Below the pieces are notes generated by a model, which had not been told where the DNA came from, searched no databases, and saw only the letters and a list, made by a program, of their open reading frames with translations. From contig NC_092671.1 in the NCBI RefSeq assembly GCF_964355755.1, positions 38,822,304-38,886,303 of the forward strand: DNA of 64,000 bases, given 5' to 3'. The DNA is from Antedon mediterranea. Its lineage: Eukaryota > Animalia > Echinodermata. A program made the position numbers and the translations under genes. Shown piece by piece: positions 1-12,400 of this stretch; the stretch's first letter is position 1, and the number at the start of each line of letters is the position of its first letter.

Positions 1-166
1 TCATCAAAAAGCTAATATAAATATAGATCATGTTCCAAATATGAGCACTGTTTCAATAATTTGACAGTATGATTTATATATAATTTACACAGTCCTACAC
101 AACACAATTGATTTTTATATATAAATTATATACTTTATTTTATATTATTAAATCTAAATGCAAATT

Positions 167-390
167 ACTGAAAAAATGACAATGCTGTGGGTATCAGTGG
201 CTGGATCTCAATGGAGATACAAAATAAAATAAGCACTGAAAAAATGACAATGCTGTGGGTATCAGTGGCTGGATCTCAATGGAGATACAAAATAAAAGCA
301 AAAAGCTAAATCAAAGCGAGAAGTAAAACAGCCAGAAAAGTTAGCAGAGCTTTCGGGCAACACTAGCCCTTCATCAGTGCAAGTGCAGTG
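167..390 (-). mobile_element. Hammerhead-bearing short retroelement remnant with ~70-bp tandem units
   Basis: Two ~70-bp units (actgaaaaaatgacaatgctgtgggtatcagtggctggatctcaatggagatacaaaataaaa) then the ribozyme; flanked by direct repeat ctttattttatattat (133-148, 391-406). Confidence 0.65.
342..382 (-). ncRNA. Minimal type I hammerhead ribozyme motif (Penelope/retrozyme type)
   Basis: Minus strand UUGCA-CUGAUGA-A-GGGC(UAGUGUU)GCCC-GAAA-GC-UC-UGC: conserved core, stem II GGGC/GCCC, stem I GCA/UGC, palindromic AGCU in place of stem III. Confidence 0.75.
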
Positions 391-420
391 CTTTATTTTA
401 TATTATATTATTTTACTTAC

Positions 421-3400
421 ATGCCATATATCTGAGGTTTAATATCAAGTCGATTTAGATGTTGATACAACTGTACATCTTGGCCCTTAAGGATCACTTC
501 CTGTATTCTTGTTAAACGTAGAACAATAGGGGTTGACGGTGCATACTCTTCAGGTGTTTTGAAAAGTGGCTTGTCAAACTTGTCCCTAGCTAGAAATTTT
601 CTATAATCTTCTCGTCCATGGCGATAACATGGCTCCATTGTTTCCATTAATTGTGTAAACATACAACTGAAATAAAAAAGTATATTTTATACATTTTTTA
701 AACATTTTTTTTCTCGTCTTTTCTTTTAATAATCAATAATTAAACATTCTGCTGACCAATGGCAATATTATTCTGCTGACCAATGGCAATATTATTCTGC
801 TGACCAATGCTAATCATTATTCTGCTGACCAATGCCAATATTATTCTGCTGACCAATGTCAATCATTATTCTGCAGACCAATGGCAATCATTATTCTGCT
901 GACCAATGGCAATATTATGCTGCTGACCAATGTCAATCATTATTCTGCTGACCAATGTCGATCATTGTTCTGCTGACCAGTGTCGATCATTATTCTGCTG
1001 ACCAATGCTGATCATTAATTACTTACTATGCATCATGTTCTAAGTAAGTTGGATCTAATACTTCAGTGACGTAATCACTATAAGAAAAAAAAAACTGGTT
1101 ATCTAACAACAATAATATCACATATTTTTTATTTATATTATAAAATTTTATTTGTGTAAATATTAGTGAGTTATGCAAAGAAATAACAGAATTTGAAAAA
1201 TGTAAAATCAATCAATGGTTAACAATTTCATTAAAAAAAATATAAATCTTGTTTATTGTATAATTTGTTAATTGATGATTAGTATTATTTTGCCAGCGGA
1301 TTGTCAATGTCTGTCACTTGTCCTAACAAACATACTGTACATTCTCTGTAAAACATTTTCATATTATGTCATCTAATTGGAACAACAGAATGAGAAATGC
1401 TCACTATACACTAATACACTATACCTACCAGTATTTCTATTTAAACAAATTTCTGTTTAGCTCTGTCTACACTATCACACTAGTTTGATAAAAAAAAAAG
1501 TGTGATGTACCCAAATATGGTAGTGATATCACCAAATATGGTAGTTATATGACATCATCCTGTCCATATATAGGAACATCACATTTTGTCACATAAAGTT
1601 TGATAGTGTAGCTTTACATAAATGATTACATCACACATCAAACTGAGCTATATTTTGAACTACAATTTATAATACTCTTATACCTTATACCTTATACCTA
1701 TCTATTATAGTTTATAGGAGGACCTATTTCTGCTACAAAGAAGTACACACCAATCGTAAATTTTAGTATATTTTGTGAACTGAACTTGTACAGTTTTATA
1801 GATTTAACACCCTCTAGTAAACAACACTACAAACATACATGTCACACAAAATATTCTTTATAACAACCCACACTGAAAATTACTATCAAATTATAAAATG
1901 GATGTTGTGAGATTTTAGATAGAAAAGTAATCAGACAAATAGGGTTAGTAGTTGAAAAATAAGAAATATTTGTAGTAAATAAATGTAAAAAATCGATAGA
2001 AAATGTAAGGCATGAGCTATATTAATATCATGCATATTGTAAACTTTCAACAGAATTATTACCTAGTATTTTATTTAATAGTAGATAATTAAGACTATGG
2101 TCGAACCCTAGGGACTCAGGGAATACTTTCCTGTGAACAAAATGAGGGCAATATATTTATTAAAGCTCTGTCTACACTAAAAAACTTTATGTGAAGAAGA
2201 AATGTGATGTGTCCATTGACATGATGATGTCATATCACTACCAAATTTGGGCACATTACACCTATTTGTCAAACTAATTAGATAGTGTAGACAGAGCTTA
2301 ACTCTACGGACAAGTCCTACTCAGTTGAAACCCTTAATCAGGGACACCCCTCTTAAGGGACATCTTTTTGGGGTCCCAATAGTGTTTCTACTGTAATATG
2401 TATTAAGGAAAGGAATATATAAACACATGTATGTTTAATGACAGAAAGGTTGTGAGTGAGTGGCTGAGCGGTTAAGACAGTGGAACCGTAATTACGTAGC
2501 CATAACATCGGCAGGGGTTCGAGGCTCATTCACTCCATGGTTCTGGTGGTAGAACAAGTATTCTCGGATAAGGACTATAAACCGTAGGTCCACCAGTGTA
2601 CACATCTAGCTCGTGTGCACTTTAAAGAACCTAGTACATCTTTCGAGACGAGTAGGGGGTTACCCCGGTGTACTAGTACATCACAGCCACTGATCACCAA
2701 CTGGGCCCTCTGGGAGACCAGTCTTTGACTGAAGAGGTTACCCAGCATAAATATATATTTCAATCAATTCTTTGGTTTGAAATTATAATTTACACCACAC
2801 ATGTTTGAAGGAAAATTTAAATTTGTGATGACATATGACCTAGTTATATTGTGTTTTTTTGTGACAATTGGTTGTGTTTCATTAATCGATTCCTGGAAAC
2901 AATTGGGGAGATTCTACTGGACGATGAACAAATGACCAATATGTGCAAATAAAAAACGCCATAACATTTTGCAACCCCCAAAATAATGAATAGTATCTAA
3001 TCTATAGAATCCATGGATATAGCTCATGCCTTTTATGAATTATGAAATAAAACCAAAACAATAAAATCAGTGATACAAATAAAACAAAATAGATGTTAAG
3101 CGAACCTTTTGGAATAGCCAGACACTCTGTAAACAAATTAATTACACATTGATCAATGATAACATCTTTAACTTGATTACAATGACAAATTATTAATTCA
3201 TTTTGTTAAAGCTCTGTCTACACTATCAAACTTGGTGAAAAAAAATGTGATGAATGGACATGATGATGTCATACCACCACCATATTTGGGCCCATCACAC
3301 TTTTTTTGTAAAACTAGTTTGATAATGTAGACAGAGCTTTAAGTAGGTATCATAGATAGATAGTAAGATTTCATATGATAACAATAATATCAGATGTATG

Positions 3401-6400
3401 TTACAACAAATGTACAAATGAATGATAGATGAAATTAATATTATTCCAGGAATACTATACTGATGATGAGCCTATTTAACATATAAAAGTCAGAGTTCAA
3501 AGTTCACTTACAGTTGTGATTCAATTTCTTGAGCATGTATAAAGGCTTGGTGGTCACAATGCAGCACAAATATCATTGGAGCTAATAGTTCATGCATGCC
3601 CTGTTAAAAAAAGAAATAGAATCATTTTACAATAAAAAAAATCAATATCATTTGTACCTACAGCTCTGTATACACTATCAAACTTTATGTGAAAAAAAAA
3701 TGTGATTTGCTCATATATGGACATGATGATGTCATATCACTACCATATTTAAGCATATCACTACCATATATGGCATATCACTATCATATTTGGGCATGTA
3801 TCACTATAATATTTGAGCATATCACTACCATATTTAAGCATATCACTACCATATTTGGGCACATCACACTTTTTTTTTGTCAAACTAGTTTGATAGTATA
3901 CACAGAGCTTTCGTTATACTACCGTTTTGATTGTACGATCAATTGGGAAAACACCTGACAACAAATAATAAATATAATAAGTCACCTGTTTATATGAAAT
4001 GCTCTGATGTTCCCTTGCGTAGCAGAATAGCATGTCGATCATCATGGTGCGCACATCTTCCGATTGAAAGAACTGAATTTCGGGAAATGTCCTCGTCACA
4101 TCTTGTTTTATCATTTGACGTAGTTCCGTATCTTCAAAGTATTTATTCCAAAGGCTCTGCAAATGAAACAAGTAAGATTACTAATAATAAAAACAATTTT
4201 AAGATTATGAGTCAGGCTAAGCAATAACAATATTTACATTTTTCTTTTCTTTCCCAACAATATTTTACGGGGGTGGTACAATCAGCCAAAGCTGATCATT
4301 AGGGCACTCACAAAAATACAAACAAATTTACATAATTTAAAAAAATATAAACGTTTACAAATACAAGCATATTTGTCATTTTGATGTATTTGTGGTTTGA
4401 CGTCTCTACAGCCAACAAATGTAAATTATATAACTCTGCTAATTCCAAAAATTAATTAAATAAAGTTTATTTGTAAATGAATAAAGCCTTGTCTACACTA
4501 TCAATCTTGATGTGACAAAAAAATTTGATGTGCCCATATATGGACATAATGATGTAATATCACTATTATCACTACCATATTTGGGAATACAACTATCATA
4601 TTTGGGCAAAGTGGACACAGTGGACACAGTTTGATAGTGTACACAGAGCTTAAGAGATACTCACATCTTTTTCTTGTGATAATGGATGATGTAAAACTGG
4701 ATCCGGCGAGACGCTAAACTTGTCCTTGTTGCGTGGGTTTGTAATATGCTTCTCTCGTAACTCTTCATATTTTGCACGCCATTTGCGTACCGTTGCTAAC
4801 CATTGCGACTTGTCATTAGGGAGACATTCAAGATAAGTCTAGAAGAAATGTTATGATAGTTAGTATAAACTAGATTTGGAGTAGTATAAAGCTCTGTCTA
4901 TACTAGTTAGTTTGACAAAGAAACTGTGATGTGCCCAAATATGGTAGTGATATGACTTCATCATGTCCATATATGGGCACATCACATTTGTCACATAAAA
5001 TTTGATGTGTAGACAGAGCTTTAGTTGCAATGTTTTCAAACTCATTGTCAGACATTTGAAAACAATACTGACTTTCTATACAGTACCTTGTAGTATAAAT
5101 AAAACAAATACAAAACTGAGAATGAAACTTATATTTTACTAAGACAATCAATTAATTTTGGGCCAAGGTTTCTAATTTCACTTGGCTCTAAGTTCAAATA
5201 AGATTATATCTTCAGATTGTGTGTGAAAGCATTTTTATGTTTCACCATTCAAATGTTGTTCTATCATACTTTCCATTCTGATTTAAAAAACAAATTATGA
5301 CAACTTTGTAAAGTTATAATGTGTATTTTAATGGAAACATTATATCTCTGCCAGTTTTATTTTTAATCTATTCAGTAGTTATTTTTAAGCATAAATGAAC
5401 ATCAAAACAGTAGTTAAGATTGTTTATTAGTATTTATATTTCAGTATAATCTATTGTAGTTAAGATTTTTGTTTGTGAACTTTTTGTTTTTATACACGGC
5501 CTTGCAGAAAAACAACTGCTAGTTGAGCCAAGTTTTCAAGTTTAAATAAAGCATATTATTATTATTATTATAGAAATTATATGAACGGAAATTGATAGAT
5601 CACGCAACTTGCTGTGGATAGGACATCTGTATTCATTAAAGTTCAATGCTAGACTACAACACATGCAATGATATTTGTACATATCTAGCTGGAAGCTACA
5701 GCATAAAACATTGATCATTTTAACTATGTAATCTGGTTGTTAGTGATACAGTTTGACATTATCAGTATGAAATTATCATTGACAATAAGAACTAAATACA
5801 TCGCATCGTTTCTATCTAGTTATTGTGGAGAACACACATGCCTAGAAGCTATTCTTAAATAAGTCATAAGTACACTACAATATCTGCACTCATCAATGCA
5901 CTGGCTTTGCTAGTACTTCCATGCTAATAAAATCAGTATTAAAAAGACTTTTTTATTTTTATATGTATATATTTTTTTTTGCCGTGAATGTACTTGTCAC
6001 CTTGAAAGTGTTTTCAATGTGAAAGTTTCATATTGTTTAAATAAACACTTTTAAAGATAGTTTGTCATTGCCAACAAAAATAAATAAATACACTACACAT
6101 ATCATAATCTAAAGTGTATATTATATTTTTATAACCTATATTTATTCGTAATAATGTATTTTATCATCACGTTATTTATCATTTCTACTGTATGTATTTA
6201 TTGGAATTTAAGAGGGCTCCTGAATATCAACCGGCATTAATTTGTCCAGCTGGATAGGTTACCGTTTATAAATAAAGTTGAAATAAATAACTACATAGGA
6301 TTAAAATTGATTGTCTTGTTTGAATAATCCTGGTTAATGGACAAATGTGCTATTTCCGAATATCCTATTATGTTTTAACACTGCAGCCCATCCCTATTCA

Positions 6401-9400
6401 GGGGATACCACCTTAATAGGCTAATTGGTGATTAATATTGACTAGCACTTTCAATACAAACACTTACCTTCCAACATACACTTCTAAACCGACTGCTTCT
6501 CAATCGCCCCCGGACTCCCTCGCATCGTATCACCCTTAAATAATCATCACGTTCAAATAACCACTGCCACTCTTCTCTGAAAGATATCAAGAAGGTAATA
6601 TTAATAGAGTTTTTTGAAAATTTATGAATTATTAAATATTCCTTGACTAAGTTTTCAAAATAATGTTGGTAAAAATAAGATAAGATAAGATAAGATAAGA
6701 TAACTTTTATTGATCCTCAAAAAGGAAATTCATTGCTCGTCATAATAACAAAGAAAACACTATAAAAACAAATATAGCATAAAACCATTCATATAAAAAC
6801 ATCTAAAAAATTACAATATAAAATTATCTTCTTGACTTCCTGTTGTACTGGATGATACCGGAGGGAATAAAGGATTTAGCAAATCGATTTGTTTTCACAC
6901 TGAGGAGCCTCAATCTACCACTTGGATTAAGTTGGTCTATGATCACTTTGTGGAGAGGATGAGAGGCATCCGACTCAATGCGTTCGAAATCTTTCTGGAG
7001 GTGTTCTAGGTGCACATCGGTAAAGGAAGGCAGTTCCAGACCAATCATTTTACCAGCCCGACGGATGAAAGTTTCAAGGCGTCCTTTATTCCCTCCGGTA
7101 ACATTACCAGCCCAACAGGAGAGGCAATACGTCCAAACACTACATATAACGGATCTATAGAACGAAAGTAACATCAAATCACAGGAGTTAAATTTATATA
7201 AAGTTCTCATACAATACATTCTGGGACTTAATTTTTTGCTGATGAAGTCTATATCATCATAGATGATTGCTATGGAAATAAAAATCACATGACATATTCA
7301 GTTGTGAAAAAATAATCTGTTTGATGCGTGTTGAAATTTAAGAAACCATATATTTGACTCTCCCAATACCGAAAAAGCAGAAACTCTCTTAATACTAGAC
7401 TTTTCCCAAGGTTTTTTTTTTACACAAACAATTGAAATAAATAAACCCTTGATTGGTTCTCAATTTATTTTTAGCATTAAAAACACATTCCGAATATCAG
7501 ACAGAACTTAACCAGACATATGGTGAGCCCAAAGGTGTCCGGTATTGGGAGAGTTGACTGTATTATTCAGTTAACATGCGAAATACTGATTTTAGTACGA
7601 ATAACAAAACATGTAACAGTATGCAACAAATATCTTCAATCAATGAATGGTAATGGAAAAATTCTAAGAAACACACGTTATGTATAAAAGTTATGGCATA
7701 ACGACACATAAGATTACCCCGAGACAAAACAAATTAGCATGCATCACACCCGTTAAAACAGATTGCAGAAACGTGTCCATATTACGTGATAGTCATCACA
7801 TTTTTTCACAGCATATACATGTGGGATTACGAGAATTGACGGCGCAGATCGATTTAATTGTCAACATTATGATCTATGCAATTTGTAAGAACACATTTTG
7901 TATCTGGTTTGTAAAAATATTTGACATTACGGTATAAAAATGATTTGCAAACAAAATTTTTTAGCAAATCTTTTTTCTAATAGCAGTCAATATATTGTAA
8001 GAAATTGGATTTTAATGTTTACAATTTACACTATATTATACAATTACAACCTCTATTAAAACAAATCTTCAAAAAATAAGTCAGAATTTTACAATTTGTA
8101 ATGTAATAAATTAAAACTGTCTGTACTGTAGAGTGGAAGAAAATATCAAGAAAACACAGGAAGGCCAAAATAGACTCACTGTACATAAATATTCATTTAA
8201 ATGTTACTTTTAAAAACAACTTTTCTCTTTATTGTCAAATGTAATGTATTTAGAAAATATCAAGACATTTGTGAAATGGTTGTAGTTTATACAAAGAATA
8301 AAAATTGACTTACATTTTCTAATAAATATTTTTAATTTCTTTTTTTGATTTTTAATAAAAAATAATGTCCAAAAGTCAGTATGGATAAATTATTTTAATT
8401 ATGAATAAAAGTGCAAAGTAGTAAGAATAAGATATAGCATTGAAAAAAATATCTTACATAAAAAAAAATTAACATAGGTTAGAATGTGTCATTTATCGCA
8501 AACGAGGAATTTAAAACGTTTTAATTTCTCATTTCATCAAAAATGGAAATAATTCAAGAAGCCGTAGATAAATTATGGAAGAATTTTGTAAATATTGCAA
8601 ATGGTACTTAAGTTAATGTATTTCTTTGAATTGTAGCAATTGTACTCTCATCAATTTAGCATCCCATCCTTCAGCTATCCAAGTTAGCATATTTATTACC
8701 ATCTATATGATACATCTATATAATATGACTCCTATCCATCATCTCTTTTTCTATCCAATGAATTTCTAAGTTATTGAGAGCTTATGTGAGCACATTATCT
8801 TAAAAATCACTTATTTACTTATCAAACCCTTCGAAGGAATGACAGTTTTAATTTAAAAAATACAATTATTAGAATTTTAAAAGTACTATATTAAACTAAT
8901 ATTTAGCAAGTGAATGGCCGAGCGGTTAAGACAGTGCAACCGTAATTACGTAGCTATAACATCGGCAAGGGTTCGAGGCTCACAAGCTCCATGGTTCTGG
9001 TGGTAGAACAAGTCTTCTCGGATAAGGACTATAAATCGTAGGTCCAGTGCACACATAGCTCATGTGCACTTTAAAGAACCTAGTATATCTTTTGAGATGA
9101 GTAGGGGGTTACCCCGGTGTATTATTATTAGTACATCACAGCCATTGATCACAACGTCGTCCTAGCCACTCTCTCACACACCCACCCTTATAGCCTGCTT
9201 ATAATAGCATTTGGACCGCCAATGGCGCCAGGTAAATGCTGAAGCAAGTTGTTCGCTCTTACCTCAGAACCAAGTCAGAGGTAATTGTGGAGAGACCAGT
9301 CTTTAACTGAAGAGGTCACTAAATATAAATTAAATATTTCAAGACAATACTAGTATTGTATAGCAATTAATTTATACTGTACAGTGTATTTACCTTTGAC

Positions 9401-12400
9401 CTCTATGCATTAAACCACAAATTACATCAACTGAAATAAATGTAACTTAAATTACTTTAATCAGATGTTTGCCTTACTCCGACATAATTTGTACTTTAAG
9501 TACATATTGAGAAGACATTCCCATCTCCATCTGTCAGGCTTCTTCAAGACTGCTTTGAAAACTTACCTTTTTAACTCATTCTTCTCTAATAGTTTTCTGG
9601 CTTTTTTGCATAATGGGCTATATATTATAAGACTGAATTATCATTATTTTTATTACTTTTTCAAGTAATTCTTTACTCACTTGTAAGACGTTGAAGTACT
9701 TCTACTTCTTATTTCTGGATCAGCGTTGCCATTGGCAACTGCATCTTCTACCACCAAGGCATCTTGTTGACTATACTCCCTCACAAGACGATCTGAAAGA
9801 TTCAACATGAGAACACCTTTAATCTCTGTCTACACTATCAAATTTTATGTGACAAAAAAATATATGGATACGATGATGTCATATCACTACCATATTTGGG
9901 CATATCACTACCATATTTGGGCATATCACTACCATATTTGGGCATATCTATATATATATATAGACTGTTAAGTATAGAAATATTTATCTATAAGCACTAT
10001 ATAGAAAGATCTATATAATTATTTGTTCTACTTTTAAATATGAAAATGATGATGTTATTAGTAAATGATACAATGATAATGTACTGTATAATCACTATTA
10101 GTTATAACAATTAAAAAAACATATCAAGAAAATCTGTGTGTGTGGTAAAAAATTGTCTTTATTCAGTGGATCAATTTAATCCATGCCGTTAGACAGTGTA
10201 TAGTGTGCATATTATGCAAAAATATTAATTACACAATTGAAATTATGAATATGACCACCAAGGCAGAGGCTATCATTACGTAAATTGTGCAGCAAAAGCA
10301 TAAACAACTAATTGACAGAGAAAAGCATATGAATCTACTCTAGTTTTAAAGCTCTGTCTACACTATCAAAATAGTTTGACAAAAAAAATATTGTGTGCCC
10401 AAATATGCTAGTGATATGGCCAAATATGGTAGTGATATGACGTCATCATGTCCATATATGGGCACAATCATCACATTTTTTTTGTCACATGAAGTTTGAT
10501 GGTGTAGACAGAGCGTTTAATACAATGAATAAATGTTTTTTGGATTTTTCCAAAGAAGTATACTAAATACTACTGTAGCATACGGTATTGTACTGGTTGA
10601 GTATTTATGCGCTAAAAATACTATTATATATATATATTCATTTTAACAAAAGATATACTATAAATATAAAAAAAATCATTCTATTTTACCTTGTTGAAAT
10701 ATTGTACGCACATCATTAAAGCCGGCCTGTAAGCTACTGATAAACATTATGGACTGATAGAAAAAACTCTATCAACGTGAGAATTTAAGATGAGTCAAGT
10801 CGGATATTGTTACATGTCACAGAATTATGTGGATGTACAACGGTGATATTGACACAGTAGAAGAGAGTTGTTTGCACCTTTCAGTTCATTTAGATTAACT
10901 TTACAATTCTAATGTTATTTCTGATTTCACAACTAAAGTACAGTATTCTAATCAACACAAAATATAAAGTAACCGTCTTTATAATGATTATATATCCAAC
11001 ATACTGTTAGCAAACACAATGATACCCGGTTCAAAGGCTATGATTGAATAGGGGCCATTAAAAAGTATTTTAGTTTACACTTCATAAAAAATAGCTCTTT
11101 AATTCCAGTTATATTCACTCCAAATAGCGGTTATTTCTATTGTGTGTCGTCCCAAAAAATCCTGAGGTACAGTATTCACTGACCTATACAAAAATGCATA
11201 AAGATATTACAAAATTAGCAAAGTTCCAAATAAAATCCCCTGATAGTTTAATTTTAGTAATCTAGATTCTGTGAATAAAAGAAACTCGCTTTGAATCAAA
11301 ACTAGTGTCCACTAATGATATTAAAATAAAGCGTATAATTTGATTCGAGCATTTGTACAGTTCCTTGAAGTAAGCGAAAACAAAAAAAGATTTCAATTTG
11401 TGAGCAGGTGATTATCAAACATTACAAAAACAAGATAATAAAACAATTATCCACTCAAATTTGACTCCTGCAGCAACAATGATGTCCTTACAATATTGAT
11501 ATCAGCATCAAAGTGATTCAATATAGAAGTGCGTTACTCATATCAAATGAAATAAGAAGATGAAATGATGATATGATATATATCAGGATGCTGACATGAA
11601 TGTAATTACAGCATATCGTACAAGTAAAAACTCAGCAAGGTACTACGATTAAGTTTCTTCTTTGATAAATAGTAATACAGCTTAAATTGAACCAAGAACA
11701 AATAAAAATTTTTTTATTTAAGTCCAAACTGGAAAGACACAGAAATATCCCTCAGCTACTGTACATAATAGCAAGACTATCGCAACAAAAGACAATCTGC
11801 TTTCAGGAAAAATACTGAAATTAAGCGGATAAATTGGAGCTGAATAAATGGGGCAGATTCACAAGGTAATGAAATTTACAGTTAGCAAGATATTCTAAAG
11901 AGCGTAACATACTTTAAGATAAAAATAAATTAAGAAGCGAATTCATTATAGAAAATACACGGCTGCTGCCAGCTATACTCATAAAAACAATGCTGCTGAA
12001 ATACAGTACAAATTTTAATAGCTGCACTTAAGTAGAAAAGATACTAGAAAAAGTTTTATAAAAAAATAAAGAGACGATAATACATACAGTTGTAGCAAAT
12101 AAATATATTATTATAATTCCAATTGATTGTACAGTATGGTTTATTTTTATATAATTATTTTATAAATAGTTTTATCTAACGTCTAATAAAAGCCCTTAGC
12201 AAGTTAGTACTTTGATGATGATGATGATACTATAATAATAAAAACTTCTGACCTGATGATAATAACAATAATAATGCTGATGATGATAATGATGATGATA
12301 ATGACGATAATAATAATAATAATTAATAATAATATAGTAGAGACAAGATGAACTAAAATTCCAATATTCTCCTGCAAATACGCAATATGATCCAGTGCAA

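Noticed and set aside
2454-2530. tRNA gene-like A/B boxes (also 8910, 34303, 35458, 40535, 52332)
   Set aside because: No complete cloverleaf; each continues into a shared SINE body.
2575-2763. Near-identical small ORFs at 2575-2763 and 40659-40844
   Set aside because: Antisense translations of SINE copies.
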